Source: Polyangiales bacterium (GTDB lineage Bacteria > Myxococcota_A > Polyangia > Polyangiales > JADJQN01). Taken from it: a stretch of DNA of 64,000 bases. Position numbers and translations under genes: made by a program. The DNA lies in the NCBI GenBank assembly GCA_964202905.1, contig CAXNJO010000004.1, forward strand, positions 224,001 through 288,000, read 5' to 3'. The stretch's first letter is position 1. Every line of letters begins with the position of its first letter. Positions 18,446-27,780 of this stretch are shown in pieces. The notes beneath the pieces are model-generated. The model was not told where the DNA came from and ran no database searches. It saw only the letters and a list, made by a program, of their open reading frames with translations.

Positions 18446-21127
18446 TCACGGCGCCAGGGGCGGCGCGGTGCCCGGGTCGGTCTTCTCGCCCGGCAGCGGC
18501 GTCGCGATGAGCCCATCCGCGCTCTTCAAGCGCTCGTCGATGGCGGCGGCCCGCGCGTCGAGCGCGTCGGCGGCGGCATGCCCCTCTTGTGAATCCCCGC
18601 TCCCCTGCCGCAGCAAAGCCGCGTACGCGCGGCAACCATGCGCGAGCTCGAGGTCGTTGCCGAGCTCCTCGAAGAGCGCGATCGAGCGCTCGAACGCGGC
18701 GCGCGCCTGCTGGTGCTCCTCGCCTCCCCAGCCTGCGGCCGCGCCGATCTCGCCGAGCGTGCGGAGCGCGACGCCGAGGAAGGGCTTGCTGCGCGCCTGC
18801 TCGAAGAGCGCGATGCTGCGCCCGATGTAGTCGCGCGCCGCCGAGAGCTCGTGGGAGAGCATGTGCGCCTTGGCGAGGCCGCGCAGGATCTCGCCCTCGA
18901 GAATCCGGTCCCCGAGCGTCGCGGAGATCTCCTCCGCCTGCTGCAGCCCCCGGATCGCGTCCTCCGGGCGGCCGAGCCTGTAATGTGCCTGCCCGAGGTT
19001 CGTGAGGATCACCGCCTGCCGCATGCGGTCGCCGACCTCGCGCGCGAGCTCGAGCGCCTCCGTCCACAGCGCGAGGGCGAGCTCGTGCTCGCCGTTCTGC
19101 TCGCGGATGTCGCCGAGGTTGTTCAGGGTCTGCGAGATACCTGGGCGATCGCCGATCTCGCGGCGGAGGATGAGCGCCTCGTTGTAGGCCTCGAGGGCCT
19201 CGCTGAAGCGGCCGCTGTCCTGGTAGACGAGGCCGAGGTTGTTGAGCGAGAGCGCGAGCGAGCGCGCGTCACCGAGCTCGCGGCGAAGCTCGAGGCCCTG
19301 TCGCATGAACCGCTCGGCGACCTCGTAGGCGCCGCGCATCCAGTGCACCTTGCCGACGTCGTCGACGGTGGACGCGACGCCGCGCTTGTCGCCCGCCGCG
19401 TCGAAGAGCGCGTGCGCCGTCCCGAGGTGGCGCATCGCCTCTTCGAGCTGACCGATCGCGCGGTAGAGACGGCCGATGCGGTTGTGGGCGGCGCCACCCT
19501 TGCTCTTCAGATCGAGGCGGTACGCGATCACCAGCATCTGACGGAAGCTCGCGAGCGCGTCGTCGTTGCGGCCGGCGAGCTGGAGCACGTCCCCGTGGTG
19601 ATGCAGCGCGTCGAGGCGCTGCGGGACATCCTCCTCACCGATCAGCGCAAGTCCCTTGCCATAATATTCGGCGGCCTTCGCGTTCGCGTAGCGCGACCGC
19701 GCGCGGTCGGCCGCCATGAGGAAGTAGTGACCAGCCTTGCGCCGCGCGCCGCCCGCCTCGAAGTGCCCGGCGAGCACCTCGCACTGCTCCTCCGCGCTCT
19801 CGGCGAGGCGGAACTCGAGCCACTCGGCGACGACCATGTGATAGCGGCGGATCTGCGCTCGGCTCGTGAGGCGATGCAGCGTCTCGCGCTCGAGGTTGTG
19901 CTTGAAGGCGAACTCCGTGTCGCCGGGCACCGACGAGTCGGGGAGTTCGAGCACGTATTCGCGGTCCTCGAGGCCGCTCAGGAGATCGCGGAAGTGGAGC
20001 GCGACGTCCTCCGCGCCGCCCCACAGCGAGGGCGTGGGCCTGTCGATCCGCGCGAGCGCGACGAGCGCGCCGAGCCAGAAGACGCCGCCCATCGTCGCGG
20101 CCATCTCGAGCACCTGGCGCTCCGACGCCTCGAGCGCGGCGATGCGCGCGCTGATGGCGTCCTCGACGGTGAGCGGGAGCTGCGCATCGTCGAGCTTCGA
20201 GAGATCGACCGCCCAGGTGCCATCGCCGCGCGGCACGACGGTGCCGCTCGAGAGGAACGTGCGCACCATCTGCTCGAGTAGGTACGGGCTGCCCCCGGCC
20301 ATCTCCACGCCCGCGTCGATGAGCTCTTGCGGAGGCTCGCCCGTCGGGGCGAGCAGGCGGTGCATGAGCCCCGCGGCGTCGTCGGGGCCGAGCGGACCGA
20401 GGTCGAGCTTCACGTGCGCGGCGCCCCCGGCACCGAGCCACTCGGGCTGCCGCGCGAGGAGCTCGGGCCGCGCGACGTGCACGAGGAGAATCGGGGCGGC
20501 CGTCATGGCGGTCGTCAGGTAGGAGACGAGCTCGAGCGTGTCGTCCGTCGCCCAGTGCAGGTCCTCGAAGGTGAGGATCAGCGGGTGGTTCTCGGCGTCG
20601 ACCTCGAAGAAGCGTCGCAGCACGGCCCGCGAGATCTTGCTGAACTGCTCCGGGTCGTCCTCGACCGCCCGGATGAATGGCGATTCAGGGAACCGCAGGT
20701 CGAGGAACGCGCCGAGGAAATGGAGGAACTCCGTGACGCGGCGATCGCTGAGCGTCTCGCTCACCTTCTGGCGGAATTGCTCGCGCGTGGTCTCTGGATC
20801 GCCGCCCTCGATGACGCCGAAGCGACCTTTCAGGATGCGCTGCACGACGCTGAACGGCGGGCCGTTCTCACGGCACGTCCCACGGAAGGCGCGGACGTGC
20901 CGGTCGCGGTCGCGCACGCGAGCGAGGAACTCGTGCACGAGGCGCGTCTTGCCGATGCCCGCGCTGCCGAGGATCGTGACGACCTGGGGCGTCTTGGTGG
21001 CGAGCGCGCGCGCGAGGGCCTCGTCGAGCTCGCGGAGCTCGAGGCCGCGGCCGACGAGCGGCGCACGCAGCGTGGTGGAGGACGGGGAGGCGGGCGAACG
21101 CAGCAGACCGGATTGCGAGGAGGGCAT
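18446..21127 (-). CDS. STAND-like AAA ATPase with C-terminal TPR array
   Basis: LVGRGLEL, Walker A GSAGIGKTRL, Walker B LTFEDLHWA, AGGSPYLLE, FAFKH, multiple TPRs (SLNNLGLVY, TLNNLGDI). Confidence 0.85.
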   Translation of the reverse strand: MPSSQSGLLRSPASPSSTTLRAPLVGRGLELRELDEALARALATKTPQVVTILGSAGIGKTRLVHEFLARVRDRDRHVRAFRGTCRENGPPFSVVQRILKGRFGVIEGGDPETTREQFRQKVSETLSDRRVTEFLHFLGAFLDLRFPESPFIRAVEDDPEQFSKISRAVLRRFFEVDAENHPLILTFEDLHWATDDTLELVSYLTTAMTAAPILLVHVARPELLARQPEWLGAGGAAHVKLDLGPLGPDDAAGLMHRLLAPTGEPPQELIDAGVEMAGGSPYLLEQMVRTFLSSGTVVPRGDGTWAVDLSKLDDAQLPLTVEDAISARIAALEASERQVLEMAATMGGVFWLGALVALARIDRPTPSLWGGAEDVALHFRDLLSGLEDREYVLELPDSSVPGDTEFAFKHNLERETLHRLTSRAQIRRYHMVVAEWLEFRLAESAEEQCEVLAGHFEAGGARRKAGHYFLMAADRARSRYANAKAAEYYGKGLALIGEEDVPQRLDALHHHGDVLQLAGRNDDALASFRQMLVIAYRLDLKSKGGAAHNRIGRLYRAIGQLEEAMRHLGTAHALFDAAGDKRGVASTVDDVGKVHWMRGAYEVAERFMRQGLELRRELGDARSLALSLNNLGLVYQDSGRFSEALEAYNEALILRREIGDRPGISQTLNNLGDIREQNGEHELALALWTEALELAREVGDRMRQAVILTNLGQAHYRLGRPEDAIRGLQQAEEISATLGDRILEGEILRGLAKAHMLSHELSAARDYIGRSIALFEQARSKPFLGVALRTLGEIGAAAGWGGEEHQQARAAFERSIALFEELGNDLELAHGCRAYAALLRQGSGDSQEGHAAADALDARAAAIDERLKSADGLIATPLPGEKTDPGTAPPLAP

Positions 21128-21254
21128 GCGGGTGCGCCAAGTTATCCGACAGGCGCGCACATCACAACTCCGCGCGCCCGTCGCGCCCGTCTCTCGGCGC
21201 AGGAGGCGGCGCTCCCTTGCGTCGTCAGGCGCTCTCGGGGGAACATGCCGCGCG

Positions 21255-22574
21255 ATGCGCCGCACGCGCCAGCTTGGCCGCTACCACATCACCGAGCGCA
21301 TCGCCTTCGGTGGCATGGCCGAGCTGTTCCGCGGCTTCACGTTCGAGGCCGACGGCTACCGTCGCGACGTCGCGATCAAGAAGGTCCTCCCGCACTTCAC
21401 GGAGGATCGGCAGTTCATCGACATGCTCACCGACGAGTACCGGCTCGTCAGCTACCTCCGGCATCCGAACATCGCCGAGGTCTACGAGCTCGCGAAGGTC
21501 GACGACACGATCCTCATCTCGATGGAGTTCGTGGACGGCAAGGACCTCCGCACCGTCGTCGAGAAGGACAAGGCGCGCGGCGGCGGCGTGCTCGAGGCGG
21601 ACGACTGCGCGTACGTCATCGCGCGCGCGCTCGACGGGCTGCACCACGCGCACGCGGCGGTCGACGTCGAGGGGCACCCGCTGCGTCTCGTCCACCGCGA
21701 CTTCAGTCCGTCGAACATCCTCGTCGCCTACGACGGACACGTGAAGATCTGCGACTTCGGCATCGCCAAGGCCACGCACAACAAGGTCCAGACGAAGACG
21801 GGGATCATCAAGGGCAAGGTCAAGTACATGTCCCCCGAGCAGGCGTTTGGCCGCAAGCTCGACGGACGCAGCGACGTGTTCAGCGCCGGGAGCGTCCTCT
21901 ACGAGCTGCTCTGCGGGCAGGCGCCGTTCACCGCGCCCACCGAAGTCGACCTCATCTTCACCGTGCGCGACGCGGCCCCGCGTCCCCTCCGCGACGTCGA
22001 GCCGCGCATCCCGCAGCGGCTCGCGGCGATCGTCGAGCGCGCGATGGTGCGCTCGCGCAGCGGCCGCTTCCAGACGGCGCTCGAGTTCCGGGACGCGCTC
22101 CTCGATTGGCTGCTCGCGGCGGCGCCGCAGTACCGCCGGACGAAGCTCGCGCGCGTCATGAAGCGCTTGTTCGCCCAGGAGATCGAGGCCGAACTGCGGG
22201 CGATGGAGGACTACGTCCTCGACCTCGACGCGCCGACGGATCTCGGCAGGAACCTCATCGCCGACGTACTCGGTCCGGACGCGCCCTTCTCGCGCTTCAG
22301 CCCGAGTCCGTCGCGGATCGTCGAGCCCGTCGCGCCCCCCCCCGCCGCGGACGACGAGGACGAATCTTCGCTGCCGCCTCCGCCGGACGAGGACCCGCTG
22401 CACCTCGCGCGCACCGAGATCCTCGATGTCTCGTCGCCTGGTGAGCCGCGCCGCAAGCGCGCTGCGCGGGGCCCGCTCGGGTCGGCCAACGGGACGCGCC
22501 CCCTCGCGCGGGCGCCGGACCCGATCCACGACGAGAAGACCAACGTCGGACCGAAACCTCCGCGCCTGCGGTGA
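21255..22574 (+). CDS. Hanks-type Ser/Thr protein kinase
   Basis: IAFGGMAELF, VAIKK, HPNI, VHRDFSPSNIL, DFGIAK, GKVKYMSPEQ, SDVFSAG; no TM segment. Confidence 0.95.
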   Translation: MRRTRQLGRYHITERIAFGGMAELFRGFTFEADGYRRDVAIKKVLPHFTEDRQFIDMLTDEYRLVSYLRHPNIAEVYELAKVDDTILISMEFVDGKDLRTVVEKDKARGGGVLEADDCAYVIARALDGLHHAHAAVDVEGHPLRLVHRDFSPSNILVAYDGHVKICDFGIAKATHNKVQTKTGIIKGKVKYMSPEQAFGRKLDGRSDVFSAGSVLYELLCGQAPFTAPTEVDLIFTVRDAAPRPLRDVEPRIPQRLAAIVERAMVRSRSGRFQTALEFRDALLDWLLAAAPQYRRTKLARVMKRLFAQEIEAELRAMEDYVLDLDAPTDLGRNLIADVLGPDAPFSRFSPSPSRIVEPVAPPPAADDEDESSLPPPPDEDPLHLARTEILDVSSPGEPRRKRAARGPLGSANGTRPLARAPDPIHDEKTNVGPKPPRLR

Positions 22575-22583
22575 GCCCCGCGC

Positions 22584-23165
22584 TCAGTTCTCGCGGACGA
22601 TGCGCCGCGGCTGGTTCGCGGGGGCTGTGCGGCGACTGGTGACGAGGAAGCGGACGCGCGTCGTCACGGCCTCCGTCGCAGGGGAGAGATGCCAGTGCGC
22701 GGCGACTGCGCCGTCGTCGGCTTGATACCACTTCAGGAAGAGGACGAAGTCGGCCGAGAGAAGGCGCGTCTGGTTGCGATCGACGCTGCTGTAGCCGCCG
22801 TCGCTCTCCATGCTGACGAGGTCGATGTCGGTGACGGCGCCGAAGAGGGCCCCGCCCGCCTCGATGTCGAGCCGATACGAGGGCCCGACGTCCGGGATGC
22901 GTGTGGCTTGCGCGGAGTTCACCCGGACCAGGACGATGGCGTCGGCGCTGCCGACCCGTGCCTGGAGCTCATCCGCCCACGTGCGGCGCCATTGACCCGC
23001 GAGGATCTCCGGGTCGTCGACGAAGTCCACGCCATGGTCGAAGACACGGACATCGGCAGCGGTCATGGGCGACGTCACGCGAATGGGCGCTGCGGACGCG
23101 CCGCAAGCCATGAGCGCGAGTCCGAAGAGCGCGAGCAGCAGCGTGAACCGGCGGAAGCGAAGCAT
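22584..23165 (-). CDS. Hypothetical lipoprotein
   Basis: MLRFRRFTLLLALFGLALMAC lipobox; GC3-biased frame. Confidence 0.7.
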   Translation of the reverse strand: MLRFRRFTLLLALFGLALMACGASAAPIRVTSPMTAADVRVFDHGVDFVDDPEILAGQWRRTWADELQARVGSADAIVLVRVNSAQATRIPDVGPSYRLDIEAGGALFGAVTDIDLVSMESDGGYSSVDRNQTRLLSADFVLFLKWYQADDGAVAAHWHLSPATEAVTTRVRFLVTSRRTAPANQPRRIVREN

Positions 23166-23248
23166 CAGCGCGGCAGGATACCCGCTCGCCCCGCGCGGGC
23201 AATGGCCTCGCCAGCCGGTCCCCGCCCGCGAAGGGGAGACGACGGCGC

Positions 23249-24301
23249 TCAGCCCGGCGCGCAAAGACCGCGCCACAACGCCACGAGATCCGGCGCGAGC
23301 GGCGCCTCGAACGCGATCGGGAGACCCGTCCGCGGGTGGTCGAAGCCGAGCCGATGCGCGTGGAGCGCATGGCGTTCGTGCCCGAGGCGCGCGAGCAACT
23401 CCGGGGTCATCCCCGTCTCGATGTGCTCATAGAACACGGCCTCGCGCTCGGGGCCGTACAGTTTGTCCCCCACGATCGGGTGGCCGATGGCGGAGAGGTG
23501 CACGCGAAGCTGGTGCTGGCGCCCCGTGCGGGGGTGCAGCGCCACGAGCGTGTGCGCCGGCCCGCGCGCGACGACCTCGTAGCCCGTCTCGGCCCGCGCG
23601 CCTTCGCTGCCGTCGTCGCGGATCTCCATCAGCAGGTGCAGGCCCTCGCGGACGGGGGAGATCGGCAGCGTGATGTCGCCGCGCTCGGCGGCGAGCGCGC
23701 CGCGGACGATCGCGAGGTAGCTCTTGCGAACCCGACGCCCCTCGAAGGCGTTCTTCAGCACGCGCTCGTCGTCGATCGTCTTCGCGCACGCGAGCACGCC
23801 GCTCGTCTCGCGGTCGAGGCGGTGCGCGATCCGCGGCGTGCGATCGCCATACCGTGCGCGGAGGACGTACGTGAGCGTGTTGCGGTGGTACGTCGCCGTC
23901 GGGTGGACGGGCAGGCCGGCGGGCTTGTCGAGCACGAAGAGGGCGTCGTCCTCGTACAACAAGCCGTATTCCGTTGGGGCGTCCGGCTCCGTGAACCCGG
24001 CACGGACGAGCAGGACGGTCTCGCCTTCGCGCACGATGTCGCTCGGACGCCGCCGCGTCCCATCGGCGCGGCGCCCGGCCTCGCGTACGATCGCCTGCGC
24101 GCGCGTGCGAGAGAGCCGCGGGATGCGCGTCTGGATGAAGCGATCGAGACGGAGGCCCGCGTGCTCCCGCGGGACCGGGAAGCTGAGGAGAATCGCGTCC
24201 GGCGGCGAACCGGGCGGGAGGCGCAGCTGCGGCCCGGTTCGCGCCGAGGTCGGCGGGGCCACCGCGACGGCCGGAGGCAGGGCCGCTGCGGGAGTGGGCA
24301 T
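23249..24301 (-). CDS. RluA/RluD-family RNA pseudouridine synthase
   Basis: S4-like GLRLDRF..SRTRAQ, LDKPAGLPVHP, HRLDRETSG, TGRQHQLRVH, GHPIVGDKLY, ALHAHRL. Confidence 0.93.
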   Translation of the reverse strand: MPTPAAALPPAVAVAPPTSARTGPQLRLPPGSPPDAILLSFPVPREHAGLRLDRFIQTRIPRLSRTRAQAIVREAGRRADGTRRRPSDIVREGETVLLVRAGFTEPDAPTEYGLLYEDDALFVLDKPAGLPVHPTATYHRNTLTYVLRARYGDRTPRIAHRLDRETSGVLACAKTIDDERVLKNAFEGRRVRKSYLAIVRGALAAERGDITLPISPVREGLHLLMEIRDDGSEGARAETGYEVVARGPAHTLVALHPRTGRQHQLRVHLSAIGHPIVGDKLYGPEREAVFYEHIETGMTPELLARLGHERHALHAHRLGFDHPRTGLPIAFEAPLAPDLVALWRGLCAPG

Positions 24302-24497
24302 GCCGGGTGCGACAATATCGGCGGAGACAGTATCGACGGCGATACCCGCGGCGCCGTGCCCGACAGGAAGCTCGACGGAAGCACGACCACCCGCGAAGCG
24401 TGACGCGTCACGCTCGGCGGGTGGGGGGGATGAACTCATCGCGAAGGCGACGAGGCCGTCGGGGGGACGCGGGCGGCACCCCCCTGACGGACCAGGC

Positions 24498-24689
24498 TCA
24501 GGCTGCCTTGACGACGGCGCCGGAGCGGATGCACCGGGTGCACGCGCGGAGCTTCTGCGCCCGACCGTCCTTGAGGACACGCACGGACTGCAGGTTGGGC
24601 TGCTGCCACTTGCGGGTCTTGATGTTGGAGTGGCTGACCTTGTGGGCCTTGAGCCGGATCTTGCTGCAGTAATCGCACGCGAATGCCAT
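24498..24689 (-). CDS. rpmB: 50S ribosomal protein L28 (C+ form)
   Basis: MAFACDYCSK..VSHSNIKTRKWQQPNLQ..ACTRCIRSG. Confidence 0.93.
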   Translation of the reverse strand: MAFACDYCSKIRLKAHKVSHSNIKTRKWQQPNLQSVRVLKDGRAQKLRACTRCIRSGAVVKAA

Positions 24690-24747
24690 GACGTCCCTCG
24701 GGATGAAGGGCGCCGTTTAGCAGAGCCTCTCGGCGGCCGCAAGCGCG

Positions 24748-27700
24748 GTGGCGACGCGGCGGGGCCCTTCGACGCGTCGCGCCGCACGCCGTCGACGCTT
24801 CCGCTGCTACGCTCGGCTGGCGAAACACGGAGACTCTCCCCTGCGCGACACCCACCCGCCCCACCCCGCGCCCCCGCACGCGACGACCGCTGGACGCGTG
24901 GTCGTGGTCGGGCTCGTCGCGATCGTGCTCGGCCTCGGCTTGCTCGCCACGCAGCTCGGTCGGCGCTCGCCCGAGCGTGTCCGCGACGCGACGACGGCGC
25001 GGCACGACGCCGGGTTGGCCGCGCCTTCGCCGGGGGGCGCGCTCACGATCAGGGTGACCGCACGGCCGAGGACGGACGCCACGGACGGCGACGGCGCGGA
25101 CGCCGCCCAGCCCGACGCGGACGGGCGCACAGGCGGCGGTCGCGCGGACGGCGATGCCGCCGGGGCGCCCATCGGGGACGCGGAGGTCCTCGCCCTCGAC
25201 GGCGCGGGCCGCACCGTCGCCGTCGCGCGGACGGATGCGTCCGGGCGCGCCCGCCTCGCGCCGCTCCCGGACGGAACGTTCACGCTCGTCGTCGCACGGG
25301 CGTCCTTCGCCCGCGCCGTGCGCGTCGCGCGGGTCGCGGGCGGCGTCGGCGAGGCGCGGGTGACGCTGGGACCGGGCGCGACGTTGTCGGGGCAGGTCGT
25401 CGACGAGGAGGGCGCGGCCGTGGCGGAGGCGCGCCTCTCGTCGTGGCCCGACGACGCCTCGCTCGACGCGCCGGAGACGCAGGCCCCCGCGACGCGGCCC
25501 TGGACGGTGCGAGCGGACCGGGCAGGCGGTTTCACCTTCGATACGCTCGCGCCGGGCGGTGCGGTGCGCGTGGAGGCCTCCGCGCCCGGCTTCGAGACGG
25601 CGACGCGACGCGCGGTGCTGCTCCGCGCGGGCGCCCCTGCGCTGCGCCTCGTGTTGCGGCGGACCGGGCGCATCGCCGGCCGGGTGCGCGGCCCCGATGG
25701 GGCCAACGTGCAGTCGACCATCGTGCTCGCGGGGAGCGGCGTCTGGCCGCCGCGATCCGTGGAGACGGACGCCTCGGGCGCGTACCAGATCGACGGCGTG
25801 CCGGGCGGCGTCTACGAGGTGCGCGCGCGGCATGGCGGGCTCGTCGCGACGCCGCGGGAGGGGCTCCTGCTCGCGCCGGGCGGTGCGCTCGTCGCCGATC
25901 TCGAGCTGGCCGTCGGCGCGACGCTCCGGGTGGAGGTGCGCGACGCCGATGCCGAGGCGCCCCTCGAGGGGGCCGAGATCGTCGTGACGGAGGACGCGCT
26001 CGCCTTCGCACCGCGGGCGGCGCGGTCCGGGCGCGATGGGACGCTCGCGGTGGAGGGGCTCCGCGCGATCGCGCACCGCTGTGCCGTTCAGGCGGCGGGC
26101 TACGTATCGCTCGTCGCCGAGGCGTGCGCGCCGGGGGATGCGCCGGTCCGCTTCGCGCTGCGGCGCGCGGCCGAGATCCGCGGCGTCGTCGTGGACGCGC
26201 TGGGCGCGCCGATCCGCGGCGCACAGGTCGAGGTCGGCGGCACGACGGACTCGGGCGCGTCCGTCGCCATGTCCTCGAGATCGCTCGCGTTCCGGGCGGC
26301 GCTGTTCGAGGCCCAGCGCGCAGGGCCTCCCCCGCTCCGCCCCGCCGGGGAGCTCGGCGTCACGCTCGGCGGCGTGCCGCCCATCCCGATCGTCGCGACG
26401 GTCCTCGGTACGCACGGGCCGGATGCGCGGACGACGGGGAGCGGCACGTCGGGCGGGGACGGTGGCGTCGAGGCCGCAGACGACGCGGTCACGATGGGCT
26501 TCGGCACCGACGCGGAGGGACGTTTCCGCATCGCGGGCGTGCCCCCGGGGCGCATCACGCTGGTCGCCCGGCACCTCGCGTACGCGCCGGGCTTCACGCC
26601 GCCGCGCGTCGTCGTCGCCGGCGCGCGCATCGAGGACGTCCGCATCGTGCTCCCGGAGGGCGGCACCGTGGACGGGCGCGTGACCGACGCGCGCGGCTTC
26701 CCGATCGAGGCGATCCGCGTCGAGTTGATGGTGCCCGGGGAGCCCGCGCCGCGCGGGTTGCTCGCGGGCGCGGACGGGCGCTTCGAGTTCCGCGGCGTGG
26801 TCGGGGAGGTCGTCCTGACGGCGTTTCCGCCGGGCGCGCCGCCCGTCCGGACGAGCGTGCGCGTGTTCTCCGGGGCGGTCGCGCCCGTCACCCTCGCGCT
26901 CGAGGGCGAGCTTCGCGCGCTGCGCGGGCGGGTCGTCGATGCCCGCGGCTTCCCCATCGCCGGCGCCCGCGTCCGGGTGCGCTCGCTCCGCTCGCGGACG
27001 CCGTTCGCGCAGACGACCGAGAGCGGCGACGACGGCACCTGGTCGATCGAGGGGATGCCGCTGCCGCCCTGGTCGCTCGAGGCGGATCACACGGATTACG
27101 CGCTCACGCGGCTGGCCGAGGTGGACGACGCGGCGCGCGAGCTGCGCGTGATGCTCGCGCCGTGCGCTGCGGTGCGCGGCGTGGTCACGGACTCCCTCTC
27201 CGGTGCGGGGTTGCGCGGCGCACGGGTGCGCCTGCGCGGTGCGGCGGGCTCCTTCGAGGCGGACACGCAGACCGACGGCGCGTGGGATGTCCTGCGCGTC
27301 CCCGCCGGTGCGTACGGCGTGCAGGCCGATCACGCCTCCTACGTGACGGGCACAGCCGAGATCGTCGTCGCGGAGCGCGGCCGCACGCTCGCCGACGTCG
27401 AAGGCGTCGCGCTCGCGCTGGTGCCCGGGGGCGCGCTCCGCGGCGAGGTCGTCGATGCGCTCGGCGCGCCGGTCTCGGGCGCGGAGGTCACCGCGGGACC
27501 GGCGGGCGTGCCGCCCGACTGGACCCGCGCGGCGCGCACGGATCCGCGCGGCGGCTTCGTGCTCCGCGGCGTCCCGGCCGGCGACGCATGGCCGTGCGCG
27601 CGGCACCCCGCAGCCGGCGAAACACTGGCGCGGTACCCCGCGCGCGTGCGGGTCGGCGAGGAGACGCCCGGCCTCGTGCTGCGGCTCCCGGAGCGCTTCG

Positions 27701-27753
27701 ACAAGGCGCGGGGCGACGCCCGCCTCGCCGCGGATCCGGCCGGCACGCGCTGA
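24748..27753 (+). CDS. Membrane-anchored protein with multiple carboxypeptidase-regulatory-like (prealbumin-fold) domains
   Basis: N-terminal TM, then repeated G.V.D..G.PI.GA.V...TD..G.F.I.GVP.G units; true start uncertain. Confidence 0.8.
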   Translation: MATRRGPSTRRAARRRRFRCYARLAKHGDSPLRDTHPPHPAPPHATTAGRVVVVGLVAIVLGLGLLATQLGRRSPERVRDATTARHDAGLAAPSPGGALTIRVTARPRTDATDGDGADAAQPDADGRTGGGRADGDAAGAPIGDAEVLALDGAGRTVAVARTDASGRARLAPLPDGTFTLVVARASFARAVRVARVAGGVGEARVTLGPGATLSGQVVDEEGAAVAEARLSSWPDDASLDAPETQAPATRPWTVRADRAGGFTFDTLAPGGAVRVEASAPGFETATRRAVLLRAGAPALRLVLRRTGRIAGRVRGPDGANVQSTIVLAGSGVWPPRSVETDASGAYQIDGVPGGVYEVRARHGGLVATPREGLLLAPGGALVADLELAVGATLRVEVRDADAEAPLEGAEIVVTEDALAFAPRAARSGRDGTLAVEGLRAIAHRCAVQAAGYVSLVAEACAPGDAPVRFALRRAAEIRGVVVDALGAPIRGAQVEVGGTTDSGASVAMSSRSLAFRAALFEAQRAGPPPLRPAGELGVTLGGVPPIPIVATVLGTHGPDARTTGSGTSGGDGGVEAADDAVTMGFGTDAEGRFRIAGVPPGRITLVARHLAYAPGFTPPRVVVAGARIEDVRIVLPEGGTVDGRVTDARGFPIEAIRVELMVPGEPAPRGLLAGADGRFEFRGVVGEVVLTAFPPGAPPVRTSVRVFSGAVAPVTLALEGELRALRGRVVDARGFPIAGARVRVRSLRSRTPFAQTTESGDDGTWSIEGMPLPPWSLEADHTDYALTRLAEVDDAARELRVMLAPCAAVRGVVTDSLSGAGLRGARVRLRGAAGSFEADTQTDGAWDVLRVPAGAYGVQADHASYVTGTAEIVVAERGRTLADVEGVALALVPGGALRGEVVDALGAPVSGAEVTAGPAGVPPDWTRAARTDPRGGFVLRGVPAGDAWPCARHPAAGETLARYPARVRVGEETPGLVLRLPERFDKARGDARLAADPAGTR

Positions 27754-27780
27754 ACGGCGCGCGGCGCTATCATGCGGCCG

